A stretch of DNA of 64,000 bases from Octopus vulgaris (GCA_951406725.2 OX597832.1:56048001-56112000), one strand, 5' to 3'; shown: positions 12,739 through 26,051, numbered from the stretch's first letter. Notes: a model not told the origin generated them from the letters alone. Made by a program: numbers and translations.

Positions 12739-14007
12739 TTGGGTCATCCCATAAATAATGCGGTGTTTTCAATTGCATGAACTAAAAGTCGGAGGGGAAA
12801 CAGGATAAACTACCTGCATCAACTTACTATAAAAGCAGGTAGTAATTTTACCTTGTCCTTATTCTTAGTGCAAGTTCTGAAGAGTGTAGCTCAATTTCAA
12901 CAGTTATTTTTTCAAAGTTGTAATGGAAGTGACAAAGGAGCATATTCGGCATATTTTGCTTAGCAACAACGCGACGGAAAGTGTGAGGAATATTAATGCA
13001 GTATATTGGGATCGGACAATAAGCGTAAGCCAGTGTCAAAGGTGATTCTGGAAATTCCGAGCCGGAAACTACAGCAGAGAAGACGATCCTCGTCCTGGAA
13101 GATATGTAGAACTCGACGAGGATGTCCTGCAAACCCTGGTGGAACAAAATCCCATTGTAACTGTTGAGGAACTAGCAGAAAAGCTTGGATTCAGTCATTC
13201 AACTGTTCATCGATACCTGCGCGCCATCGAGAAAGTCAGCAAATTGTGTCAATGGCTTCCTCACAAACTTTCCGAGTCTAATCGCGCGCAGAGATTGAAT
13301 GTGTGCTTTTCTTTGCTGTCATGTCTCACGAATGAACCATTTTTGGATCGAATAGTAACTGGTGGCGAGAAATGGGTTCTCTATAAAAATGTCAAGCACC
13401 AAAGACACTGGGTAGGGAAAGGAGAAACACCGGCATCCCAGGTTAAAGGTCTTTACTCACGTAAGGTGTTGTTATCTGTTTTGTGGGATATGAAAGGTTT
13501 AGTCCACTTTGAACTTTTAAATCTAAACCAAACAATAACAAAGGAGTTCTACTGCGAGCAACTTGAGCCGCTTAAGTCAACGCTAGAAGGAAATCGACCA
13601 TCTTTGGTTTCAAGATGAAAGGTGTTCTTCCATCAGGATGATGCTCGGTCACATACAACGAGGATGACATTCTAAAGGCTGGACCAATTTGAATGGGAAA
13701 CGATGCCCCACCCACCTTATTCGCCGGACATTGCTTCATCTGATTATCCTTTATTCGGCAGTCTTCAAAATCATTTGGACGGTAAAATATATGCGAATAT
13801 CTGTAGACGAGGTCAGAACAGTACTGGAGGAGAATTATTCGTCACGGACATGAGAATTTTGGGACCTTGCAAGTCTACCAGATAGATGGATGAGCAGTGT
13901 AGAAAATGAAGGAGAGAATATTCTAGATTAAAAAAGAACTTTGTTATCTTCAATTTGAAAAATAAAAGAAGTATTTAAAAAATAGCATTATTTGTGGGAT
14001 GCGCCAA
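12739..14007 (+). mobile_element. full-length mariner (DD34D) element, degenerate
   Basis: Imperfect TIRs TTGGGTCATCCCATAAATAATGC and GCATTATTTGTGGGATGCGCCAA; length about 1.27 kb. Confidence 0.93.
12923..13931 (+). pseudogene. mariner transposase pseudogene
   Basis: Starts MEVTKEHIRHIL. Carries WLPHKL, IVTGGEKW, FHQDDARSH and HPPYSPDIASSDY motifs, with several stops and frameshifts. Confidence 0.92.
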
Positions 14008-14039
14008 TATATGAAACCATTGTTGGTGCCATTTTTTGA

Positions 14040-14340
14040 ATGGCTGAGCAAATTAGAATCGCTATCACATAGTTCCGGGTTCAATCCCTCCGCGTGGAAA
14101 TTTTGGGCAAGTGTTGCTTCCTGTAGTCTCGGATCATGGTTTCGATTCCCAGACCGGATGGTTCATAGTGTTCTTTGAGCAAAACACTTTATTTCACATT
14201 GCTTCATTTCACTCAGCTGTGAATGAGTAACCTTGGAACGGACTGGCGACCCTGTTCAGAGTGATGTATTTGGGACCTCGGGCACTTATACGCCATGGAA
14301 CCCCGGTAACGAGCCCTATGAGTTATCGGACTCGAGCAAT
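14040..14340 (+). mobile_element. degenerate family-B head followed by a family-D SINE fragment
   Basis: GGTTCAATCCC..GGGCAAGTG, then TTTCGATTCCCAGACCGG..TTGAGCAAAACACTTTATTTCAC. Confidence 0.6.
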
Positions 14341-14354
14341 GATCCAGATGCTGC

Positions 14355-14395
<41 letters not shown>

Positions 14396-14940
14396 ACGAC
14401 CACCACCACCACGACGATGGTGACGATGGCAATGATGATGAGGAGGAAGAGGATGATTATGATGATAAAAAGGAGGAGTCGGACGAGGATGATGATGTGG
14501 AGGCGGAGGATGGTGTCGATGATCTTAATGGTGATGTTGAGGAGGAGGGGGTAAGAAGAGAGATCAACTCAAGCCTTTTGAGGGAAAACTGGCGTGAAGG
14601 AAACTGTTTGGAAGTTTATCGAATCCCTTACAGCAGTAATTCAAACGTCCGACTTAATCGCAAACTGTGAGGACACGTATCTGTGGAATATTCAGCCACT
14701 CAAAATTAGAGAAATATTTAATAAAGTTTCCTGTATTAAGATAAAGCTCCAACTAGAAGCGATCTTGGTGATAATTGAAATGCATAGAGGGGCCAATAGC
14801 TATAACATTAAATGCAAAAATTGAAAAATGAATTTCCTTTCATCCTCCATAACGTTTATATATGATAACAAACGTAGCAAAGACCTTAACACGCACTTTA
14901 TCACTTTACATAGATATCAGGAAACATTCGATAAAAATTT

Positions 14941-15600
14941 TCAAAGGTTATTTACAGCATATTTGTAAAATAGGCGATATAGGTTCTGGTAAAATAATTT
15001 TACAAAATGTTTGTCTATAAACAAGAATCCATTCATACAACACAAATAGCTTATATTGAATGTAACTGGAGCAAAGCAGCCAATTGCCATTTGGGCAACA
15101 AATGCCTCACGAAAGAAATAGTATGCACAGCACATGTAGAATCAGTTTATGACACAGTTGATGTTCACCCAGAATGCTTTTAAAATCCGATGCACATTGC
15201 ACATACAATTGTTTCGATCCATGACTTACTTAAATGCTGCAGCACTTCAAAATACATTTGGATTTAAAAGAATAAAAAACAGATGAAAAGGGTTCCTGAA
15301 ACAAAATAGAAAACTGTAGCAAAGACAGTAGCCATTATAGCTATTGTCGCCAATGCCCAAACATGAAGCTCAAAATTCTGACATTGTTCGTCGACTTTTT
15401 GTATATGAATGAAGAAACTTTTCCTTATTTTCTTGCAAACATCCAAATTTTAAACATATTTGTGTCCCTGTTTTCTTATTGCAATTCCGCGATGTTGAAG
15501 GCCGAGAACTCAGCTGCTGAGAAATTCAGATAGGTTGAGAGATATAACTGTGAGTAGATATACATGCAATTTTATAGTACTTATGGCATCCAAATATGTT
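14941..15600 (-). pseudogene. possible decayed multi-pass membrane protein, rhodopsin-class GPCR-like
   Basis: Hydrophobic stretches (LATIAIMATVFATVFYFVSGTLFICFLFF) and a TM7/helix-8-like end (TFNISYLCCMNGFLFIDKHFVKLF). There are several stops and no exact DRY or NPxxY motif. Confidence 0.25.
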
Positions 15601-15729
15601 AGTCAAGTTTCCTCTCAATCACCAATATAAATGAATCCTCTACAGAGTTCAAAAATATTGATCATCATTCGTCAAACATTTCTTAGTACGGTTCCACAGG
15701 CGTACACTAGCTATGTTTGAGAATAGTGA

Positions 15730-16123
15730 TATTCTTTTCTCCTCTAGGCCAGAAATTTGGGGGGAGGGAGCCAGTCGATTAGATGGATCCCAGTATGCAA
15801 CTGGTACTTAATTTATCGGCCCCGAAAGGATGAAAGGCAAAATCGACCTCGGCGGAATTTGAACTTAGAACGTAAAGGCAGACGAAATATCTATTTCTTT
15901 ACGACCCACAAGGGGCTAAAAACAGAGAGGACAAACAAGGACAGACAAACGGATTAAGTCGATTATATCGACCCCAGTGCGTAACTGGTACTTATTTAAT
16001 CGACCCCGAAAGGATGAAAGGCAAAGTCGATCTCGGCGGAATTTGAACTCAGAACGACGCGGCAAACGAAATACGGCTAAGCATTTCGCCCGGCGTGCTA
16101 ACGTTTCTGCCATCTCGCTGCCT
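15730..16123 (-). mobile_element. family-A SINE dimer (head-core-tail2-core-tail1)
   Basis: Two cores joined at about 15890 (minus AAAGAAATAG|ATATTTCGTC). Confidence 0.88.
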
Positions 16124-16184
16124 TTTAAAACCGAGAGATATTTCTTTATTGCTCACAGAGGGCTAAACATAGAGGGCACAAACA

Positions 16185-16410
16185 CCTTGAGCAAAAACCT
16201 TATTTCATGTTGCTCCATTTCACTCAGCTGGCAATAATTCAAAGGGGCCAGCCTTGTCACACTCTGTGTCACGCTGAAACTCCATGAGAACTACGTTAAG
16301 GGTACGGATATCTGTGGAGTGCTCAGCCACTTGCACGTTAATTTCACGAGCAGGCAGTTCTGTTGATCGGATCAGATGGAACCCTCGTCGTCGTAACCGG
16401 ATGGTGTGTC
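16185..16410 (+). mobile_element. family-D SINE, 5'-truncated
   Basis: Matches 30715-31040 and 51032-51355. Confidence 0.85.
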
Positions 16411-17060
16411 AGTTACTTTTAATCTTACTAGTTTCAGCCAGAGAGTGTGCCCATGGTGTAAAACTGCTTTTAGAGAATTGGACAGAGCTGCTGTTCTTTC
16501 TGTTTCCTACTGCGATGTGGGTTCATCTGATACCTTAGATAAAAATTTGTCTAAAAACAGGAAATGTTTTAAGAAAAAAAATGGGCTTTTTCCTACACTA
16601 ATTAGATCTACTTATATTTTTTACACACATATCGATTTACGTATTTCACACAATATTCACATACATTGTTAGACACAGACAGAGACAAGTAAATTTTAAA
16701 TATAGCTGTTCATATATATATATATATATATTTTATCACACTCACAAAGTTTAACACTAAGTGACACAATAACGATAGTTATATCCTTTATGTCACATGC
16801 ACAAGATTATCGACCGAACTCACGCGTTAGCAACCACAATGAATATGTCAGTGAAACGAAAACCGGTGCGTTAATTTTTGTGATATATATATACTGACTT
16901 GTTTGGCATGAAACTCGAGTAACATATCCGTATTACTTAAAGAATGATTAAAGGCACAGCACACGCACGCACACATACACACACTTATACAAGCAAGCAC
17001 ACATGCACGTCTGTGTGAGTACGTATATATAATACATATGAAACTACATGCTTACTTATT

Positions 17061-17280
17061 CAAGGCCGTGTTGAAAAGATCCTGGCTTTAAAATGACATA
17101 ACGAAAGGCCTGGCTGGAGGCCCAAGCTTCCGAGTTCCTTTACAGAGCTTAGAAAAACTGAAGGATGGCTGCAATAAGTGTGTGAATCTGAGAAAGGGAA
17201 TATGTTGAATAAAGTCATAATTGACTGATCCTCCTGTAGATTCTTTTACCCGAAGCCAAGAGCTTTTGAGCACTCCCTCG
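17061..17280 (+). mobile_element. mariner-derived MITE (internal deletion derivative)
   Basis: Imperfect TIRs CAAGGCCGTGTTGAAAAGATCCTGGCTT and AAGCCAAGAGCTTTTGAGCACTCCCTCG. It retains a transposase C-terminus-like CNKCVNLR/EYVE*. Confidence 0.75.
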
Positions 17281-17479
17281 TTTGGCTAAACCTGTAACAA
17301 CATACACCAACACAAATACTGTTGCTTATTCTTCAGCAGAGATGCATAGAGAAACACGTTGAACGAAATATTGGACTCAAGTTTTGGCACGAGGCCAGTA
17401 ATTTCGGAGGAAGCAGATAAGTAAATTATAACGACCTCAGTGCTCGACGGGTACTTGCTTCATCACGCAAAACAGGTAA

Positions 17480-17925
17480 AATTACCTTATCGTGTCATGC
17501 CGACTCACAAGGGACGCCAGTCCGTCGCAGGGTCACTCTTTTTTGCTGGCTGAGTAGACTGGAACTACGTGAGAGGAAGTGTTTTTCTCGGGAACACAAC
17601 GCGTCGCCCGGTCTAGGAATCGAAAGCACAATCTTACGATCATGACTCCAACATCCTAACCACTAAGCCATGCATCTCCACAAAAGTTAAAGTTACCTTC
17701 TCAACTAATGCTGACTCACAAGGGCCGGTTTCCCGGTTTCTAGTGCGTATATGTTCTCCACCTGGACAGGACGCCAGTCCCTCGCAGAATTACTCATTCT
17801 TGCCAGCAGAGTGGCATGATATGAAGTGTTTGGCTCAAGAACACAACGCGTCGCCCGGTATTGGAATCGAAAGCACGACCTTGCTGTCATGAGTCCAACG
17901 CTCCTAACCACAAAGCCACGCACCT
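17480..17925 (-). mobile_element. two tandem family-D SINEs with an alternative tail
   Basis: Two heads (minus GCATGGCTTAGTGGTTAGG / GCGTGGCTTTGTGGTTAGG ..TTTCGATTCC) at about 17680 and 17925. Confidence 0.8.
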
Positions 17926-18717
17926 CCCCGAAAGAATAAAAGGAAGATTCGACCTCGGTGGAATTTGAACTCAGAACGTAGAGGGGGATGCGAGTGAAAT
18001 GCTGCCAAGCATTTTTGCCCGGCGCCGTAACGATTCTGACAGCCCCCGCCGTTGAATGAAATATTAATTTCATTAATATTTCAAACATCTTTCACCAACA
18101 ACATGTTCGTATATGTGAAGATATGTATGCATAATCATATATGTACGTCTAATAGAGTTTGTGTGTGCGTGCGTGTGCGTGTGTGTGTGTATGTGTGTGT
18201 GTGAATATATGAGTATGTTCCGGTTAATTGGTCCCAAGGTTACCATAAAGCCAACAAGCTTAACACATGGTCTTGTCTCTCCATTCCTACTGACGGAAGC
18301 TGACAAACTCAACAATATCACACACCTATGCAGACACAGATCTAAATATTACCATCTTACATAGCTGTAACTGTCCTCGTCACGTTGATTCTCTCTGTCT
18401 CTCTCCCTCTCTGTTTCTCTCTTTCTCTCCCCTTCACTTTCTCACTCTCTTTTCCTCTCTATCTCTCTCTCTCTCTCTCATTCTCTCCCTCCCTATCTCA
18501 CTCGCTTTTAATCTCTTTCTCTCTCTATGATTCTCTGATATTTATCTCACGCTATTTCTTTCTCTCCTTTCTCTCCAACACTATTCCAACATCTCCATTG
18601 CTTCTCTCTCTCTCTGTTTCTCTTCCTCTTTCTCTCTTTTTCTCTTTCCTTCCCTCTTTCTTTCTGTCTCTCTCTATTCTTCCGCTCTCTCTCTCTCTCT
18701 CTCTCTCTATTCTTCCG

Positions 18718-18751
<34 letters not shown>

Positions 18752-19044
18752 ATTACGATACAACCGACTGACGTCCACGTTGGCATAACAACGAGCAATG
18801 AATCGAGTCGAAACGGTGAAAATGTTGAAGAAAACCTACAATTCGCTAATAAACGGTTGCATTCATACATACACACGTACCTACATACATACATACATAC
18901 ATACATACATACATAAAATGCATACATACATACATACATACATACATACATACACACATATATATTTGTTTCGTTACTATATATGTGTGTCTTATGTTTA
19001 TGCATAAAAGTGTATTGACACGTATATGTATGTATGTGTGTGTA

Positions 19045-19120
<76 letters not shown>

Positions 19121-19174
19121 AATTTACATATATATATACACAAACATATATATGCATATATATTCATATATATA

Positions 19175-19210
<36 letters not shown>

Positions 19211-19232
19211 TGTATGTATGTATGTATGTATG

Positions 19233-19292
<60 letters not shown>

Positions 19293-19359
19293 TATATATA
19301 TATATGTATAAATATATACATGTGTGTGAATGTATGTGTATATATATATATGTATATAT

Positions 19360-19393
<34 letters not shown>

Positions 19394-19989
19394 ATACGTA
19401 TGTACACACAGACGTGTATATATATTTATATATATATATACATATATATACCCATACTAACACATAAATATATTGTGCATATGCGTGTGGGAAGGAAAAA
19501 GTGGAGAGCGTGAACTGAAGAACGGTGAGCAAGGGAAAGAGGAGAGAATGCATAGGAGAGATGGGAGGGAAGAGAACAGAAGGGGGGACCCTTGGTAAAT
19601 GCAAATGAAAGGGAGTCTGAAGTGAACGTGGGGGGGGGGGAAGGCGAAAAAGCGAATGGAAGGAGGAAGGGGAGAAAAGGGTGGGAAGCTAGGAGATATG
19701 AGACTTACTGTTGACGAGAATACGAATAAAGTTGGGGTACAGGGAGAGGTAGTAGTAGAGAGTGATTAGAGAGGAGTGGAATGAGTGGAATGGAAAGGGG
19801 GAGGTGAAATGCAGGTAAGGGAATATAGAGAAAGGGTGAGAGTAAGAGAGAGAGAGAGAGAGGGGGGAGATAGGATAGAAAGAAAGGGGGTAAGCAGAAA
19901 TGAGCGATAGCTATATAGATGTTCGTGAGGGGGAGGAAATAAACCTTTATATACATATATATGTGTGTGTGCGTGTGCGTATACACACT

Positions 19990-20048
<59 letters not shown>

Positions 20049-20150
20049 CATATGTTTAGGTGTATACATATGTGTGTGCGTGTGCTTGAGCATGTATATA
20101 TGTATATACATATATACATCTATGTACTATGTATTATGCATGTATGAATG

Positions 20151-20182
<32 letters not shown>

Positions 20183-20671
20183 TGTATGTATGTGTGTGTA
20201 TGTATGTGTATGTGTGTGTGTATGTATGTATGTATGTATGTATGTATGTATGTATGTGTGTGTGTGTGTATGTGTGTGTGTGGGGGGGGGTGCATTTCAG
20301 ACTTTGTTTTGAAAGCCGAAGAATTCACGAAGAGTTACCCAGAGTTTTTTTTTTTTTTTTATTGTTGTTGTTTTTTTTTTTACCCCCTCCTTTCAGATTT
20401 GTCCTTCGTCCGAACATCGGAAACGTGAAACTCTGAGTAACAGTTTACGACATTATCGGCTTCTAGTAATGCTTTTCGTATTAAGTACTCTTTTTACTCG
20501 CCTTCCTCTTCGCACTCAGGAACTGGCATACATACATGCATATATGAAATACACACACACACACACACACATACGTACGCACATACATAAAGATACATAT
20601 ACATACTTAAATGCTCTATATATCTATGAACGTAGGAATGTAAGTAGGTATCTACGCGTGTTTATATATGC

Positions 20672-20722
<51 letters not shown>

Positions 20723-22122
20723 AAGATAGACAGAGAGAAAAAGAGACAGATAGAGATAGAGACAGAGACAGAGACAGAGACAGAGACAGAGAAAAAGAGA
20801 CAGATAGAGAGAGAGAGACAGAGAGAGAGACAGAGAGAGAGACAGAGAGAGAGACAGAGAGAGAGACAGAGACAGAGAAAAAGAGAGAGAGAGAGAGACA
20901 GAAACAGAGAAAGAGAGAGACAGAGACAGAGACAGAGAGAAAGAGACAGAGACAGAGAAAAAGAGAGAGAGAAAGCGAGAGACAGAGACAGAGAAAAAGA
21001 GACAGATAGAGAGAGAGAGAGAGAGAGAGAGTTAGAGGGAATGAGAGGAGAACGTGGAAGGGAGGAGGAGCAGGAGGAGGAGGTGGTGGAAGAAAGACAG
21101 TATAAGGGAGTGAGTGACGAGAGCAGGGAGTGAGAGAGTGAGAGAGCGAAGAAATGAAATCGGAAATAAACGGAGGAATAAGATTCATCCATCGGAAATA
21201 AATATTATGTCGAAGATAAAGATACATCTACGATGGAAGGATGCTGGGAGAGAAAATTACTGGGTGTCATTCGCTGTGGTGTAAGCAGAGAGCCGTGCTA
21301 CGCAGAGGTACGGTAGTAGATCTATGTTGTAATAGACACACGGCACACACACACAGAGAACATACGCGCACACACACACATGGAGCTACGTTAGACTTAT
21401 ACGTTCTATAGAAGCAGCCTTGCTACTACAGCCTTGTAGTCTATGTAGATATATATATATAGAGAGAGAGGTAGCTAGCTACTGGACAGATCTGTTTTAT
21501 ACAGAGGCAGTTTATAGTGGTTAGAATAGACGTCTTACCGACGATGTCGTTATCGTCGACGTCGTAGTCGTTGTCGTTGTTGATGGTGGTGGTGGTGGTG
21601 GTGTCGGTGGTGGTGGTGGTGGTGGTGGTGGTGGTGGTGGTGGTGGTGTCGGTGGTGGAAGCTGAAATCGTTCAGATGTCGTTACTCCGAGTTTCTTGTT
21701 TCTCGTCTGAATATTCTTTGTCTGAATATCGCAAAACGTGAAACTCCGAGTAACCGTTCACCAAACTTTCCGGCTTCTAATTTTCAATTTAATAATCCGC
21801 TCTGCTTTTTAATGCGAATACCCTCTTATATATTCTTTTATTTTTTATATACATAAAGAGAAAGAGAGCGAGAGAGAGAGAAAGAAAGATACAAATATAC
21901 ATATATATGATATACGTATCTACGTGTATATGTGTAAACACACATACACACACATATACATACATACATACATATATATATATATACATATATATATGTG
22001 TGTATGTGTGTGTGTGTGTATGCATGCCTGTATGTATGTATGTATGTATGTATGTATGTATGTATGTATGTATGTATATATATATATATATGTATGTACA
22101 TATGTATGCATATATGTATGTA

Positions 22123-22158
<36 letters not shown>

Positions 22159-22604
22159 TGTATGTATGTATGGATGGATGGATGGATACCTTATATCCCG
22201 GCGTCGAAGACGCACCCTAATTTTGACAACTAAAAATTAGAAGGAAAAAAAATGATAAACATAAAAATAAGGTCCTGGCACATCGGGTCTTGTTACCTTC
22301 ACAGATTGAATGAAAAAAAAAATGGAGAAACATCATTTCTACCTCCAGCACGCCGCATAAAATGTTCCTACCGTTTATTTTGGCTGTTCGTCTAACACTT
22401 ATTTGCGCTACCCCTTACGTTGACTAACCGTGACTGTCTCCCGTTGTGATCCCACACTCGCGTCTGTAAAACTAACAAAATGCAGCACTCGCCTACCTTA
22501 TTAATTTGTGGGACCGTCAGTACAGAGACAGGGTATGATAAGTCTACTCTCAAAGTTTACGCCTACCGTTATGTACGCACTGTAATACTGGAACCACACT
22601 ACGA

Positions 22605-23058
22605 CAGGGATGGGATTCAGAGGGGTAGGACAGAGGGATGTACCCCACCACCACCACCAGCAGCTAAGAAGGTACCCAAATTTGACTGTTTTGTTTAAAT
22701 ACGTATGATGGAAAGCATATTTTTGTACCAGCAACAAACAACCCTCGCAAGGTTCAATGTAGAAATTTTTATTTCTTTATTGCCCACAGGGGGCTAAACA
22801 TAGAGGAGACAAACAAGGACAGACAAGGGGATTAAGTCGATTACGTCGACCCCAGTGATTAATTGGTACTTATTTAATCGACCTCGAAAGGATGAAAGGC
22901 AAAGTCGACTTCGGCGGAATTTGAACTCAGAACGTAACGGCAGACGAATGATTTTTTTCAGTATCTCATATAACATATTACATTGTCATATCATTGATCA
23001 ATTGCAGTGAATCAGACCTCAGACTCACCCCAACCAGAAATTTTTGAATCCACTCCTG
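22605..23058. mobile_element. hAT-type MITE with a nested family-A SINE (22768-22950)
   Basis: Imperfect TIRs CAGGGATGGGATTCAG and TTGAATCCACTCCTG. The 8-bp TSD is CACTACGA / CACAACGA (7 of 8 match). Confidence 0.7.
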
Positions 23059-23787
23059 CACAACGATACCCCGGTTCGATTATTCACTGTGCGGCCCACA
23101 TAAATAATCCAAGCAGATATCTATGAAGCAATCAGTGTTAAACGAATTTAGTTAACTATATTAATCAATTAGATACCAATAAAATGAAGAAGAATTAAAC
23201 ATCGATGGTAATTCTTCGTGTATGACAAGTAAATCCAAACATCGTTTAGAAGACTTTCAAGAAATTCTGAGCATAAAACAAGAACAGGAATGGACAAAGC
23301 TAGATCTTTGTTTGAGGATTATAGCTTATATATTCGACAACCGTTTCTATGGTGCCAGTATATTTAGATACGGACAAAAAAATATACAACATCAATTAAA
23401 TTGATATATCCAAAAATATACGCTAGCACACACGCACACGTAATATTGTCGTGTAAGTGGTTGTAGTTGAGTATTCCGCGGACATATGTTCCATTAAAGT
23501 AATTCTCAGTTCGAATCGGAGTGACGCAATGCAACGTGGCCGGTCCTTTGACGTACGGGTACAATCCAGAAAGAGAAAAAGGCTGAACGGTACCACACCC
23601 TCGGTACTCTTTAGTCATTTTATTTATCGACCCCAAAGGGTAAAAGGCAAATTAATCTCTGCGAGAGTTTGAACTCAGATTCCAAAGCGCCGGAATATAT
23701 ACCACAAGATACTCCATCTAACAGTTTCATGGTTTCAGCTAATTCGCTACAGAGATATAACAGCTTTGTTATATAGTGGGGCAGTGA

Positions 23788-24020
23788 GGGCGGCGAGCTG
23801 GCAGAACCGTTAGCACGCCGGGCGAAATGCGTAGCCGTATTTCGTCTGCCGCTACGTCCTGAGTTCAAATTCCGCCGAGGTCGACTTCGCCTTTCATCCT
23901 TTCGGGGTCGATAAATTAAGTACCAGTTACGCACTGGGGTCGATATAATCGACTTAATCCGTTTGTCTGTCCTTGTTCGTTCTCTCTGTGTTTAGCCCCT
24001 TGTGGGTAGTAAAGAAATAT
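23788..24020 (+). mobile_element. full-length family-A SINE
   Basis: GGCGGCGAGCTGGCAGAACCGTTAGC…GTAAAGAAATA. Confidence 0.92.
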
Positions 24021-24079
24021 ATAGCTCAAACATTTAGGTATCTCTAACTAGACACAAATTCTCAAACTCCACAAATGCT

Positions 24080-24410
24080 GCTTATTTAATCGACCCCGAA
24101 AGGATGAAAGGCAAGGTTGACCGCGCCTGAATTTGAACTCAGAACGTAACAGCAGACGAAATACTGCTAAGCTTTTCGCCCAGCATGCTAACGATTCTTT
24201 TCTACTCTAGGCACAAGGCCCAAAATTTCGGGGTAGCGGGCCAGTCAATTACATCGATTCCAGTACGCAACTGGTACTTAATTTAACGACCTCCGAAAGG
24301 ATGAAAGGCAAAGTCAACCTCGGCGGAATTTGAACTCAGAACGTAACGGCAGACGAAATACCGCGAAGCATTTCGCCCGGCGTGCTAACGAGTCTGCCAG
24401 CTTGCTGTCC
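24080..24410 (-). mobile_element. two family-A SINE copies, head to tail
   Basis: Core repeated at about 24090 and 24290. Confidence 0.88.
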
Positions 24411-24438
24411 TATTGCGCTATAGGCTGCATAAGAGCTA

Positions 24439-25718
24439 TTGGGTTGTCCGGAAAGTTCGTGCCGATTTATATTAGCTTACCTTTCGACATATTTTAGAAC
24501 ATGGTTGAGTCCATAAAATAGGATTTAACTACACCTCCATTTAGAGCACAGTTTAAGCTATCTTTTCGTGGGAAAAGGTTTATGTTCCTATAATCTGTGT
24601 TAATTCTGTAACCCTTTAAAATGGAAGATAAGAAAGTTCATTTTCGGCATTTGATGCTTTTCTTTTTCCGTAAGGGGGAAAATGCCTCACAAGCAACCAA
24701 AGAAATATTCGCAGTTTATGGTGATGTTTCTTTATCCGAAAGAACTATACGGAAGTGGTTCGCAAGGTTCCGAGCTGGAGATTGTAGCCTTATTTATAAA
24801 GAGCGATCAGGCAGACCATCTACTACAGATGATGACCAAATCAAGTCATTAATTGAGAATAACCCACATTGCACAACCCGAGAATTGGCAGAAAGCCTCA
24901 ACCTATCAAAATCCCTCGTTCATGAGCACCTGATAAAACTTGGGTACACAAATCGCTACGCTGTTTGGGTACCACGTGAGTTGAGTGAGAAGAACCTTTT
25001 GGATCTCATTTCCATCTGTGATTCGCTTTATAAACGGAATGAAAACGCGCCTTTTTTAAAGCAAATTGTGACAGGTGATGAGAAATGGATTATCTACCGA
25101 AATGTTTAGAGAAAGCGATCCTGGAGTAATCGACATGAGCTACCCTTAGCCACCCCAAAAGCGGGGCTTTACCCTAAAAAAGTCTTGCTTTGTGTCTGGT
25201 TGGATTAGAAAGGAATTCTCTACTATGAGCTTCTCCCAAGTAACCAGACAATTCTGAGAAATACTGCACACAACTGGACGAGTAAAAAGCAGCAATTCAA
25301 GAGAAACGTCCAGAATTGGCCAACAGGAAGGGTGTTGTTTTCCAACATGGTAATGCAAGACCGCACGTTTCTTTGGGAACCAAACAAAAATTTCTGCAGC
25401 TTGGCTGGGATGTGTTACCCTACCTTCCATATTCACCAGATATTGCTCCTTCGGATTTCCACTTATTCAGGTCTCTGCAGAATAGTCTTAATGGTAAACA
25501 TTTCAATTCCTTGGATGACGTAGAAAGATACCCTTATGAATTCTTTGCCATGAAACCACCTCAATTCTGGGAAGAGGGTATTTTCAAGTTAAAGGAAAGA
25601 TGGAGACGCATTGTGCAACAAAATGGTTCATATTTGGTTGATTAAAAATGTAATGGCAAGCATTTATTGACCTTTTTCTTTCCTTTAAAAATCGGCACGA
25701 ACTTTCCGGACAACCCAA
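24439..25718 (+). mobile_element. full-length mariner element (mellifera-subfamily-like), 1280 bp
   Basis: Perfect 30-bp TIRs TTGGGTTGTCCGGAAAGTTCGTGCCGATTT with a TA target duplication on both sides. Confidence 0.97.
24621..25645 (+). pseudogene. mariner transposase pseudogene
   Basis: MEDKKVHFRHLMLFFFRKG..WVPREL..IVTGDEKW..FQHGNARPH..PYSPDIAPSDFHLF. In-frame TAG at 25107 and about 25207, plus a frameshift. Confidence 0.95.
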
Positions 25719-25967
25719 TATTTTAGCGGAGCAGTGTGTCCTATAGAAGGGACAATTGTGAGGGACTTGTAAACCCAACACTAGCTGTAAGAAGGTTATG
25801 TTTATAGAAGTGTGAGTGTGTGTGTGTCTGCCTGGCTGTTTGGCTTTGCGGTTCGTTGTAAAGCCTTGAGGTATGTTTTTGTGCTTGCAACATACATGTA
25901 CGAGTGCAGAAGAGTCGTGACATACGAGTTTCGATACAATGCCGTTGGGCGTTCAAGCGAAGAAACT

Positions 25968-25986
25968 GCCGCTGCTGCTGCTGCTG

Positions 25987-26038
<52 letters not shown>

Positions 26039-26051
26039 AACTGCTGCTGCA

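Noticed and set aside
14233-14670. Acidic 145-aa ORF
   Set aside because: It starts in a SINE tail and runs through (GCT)n/(GAT)n repeats.
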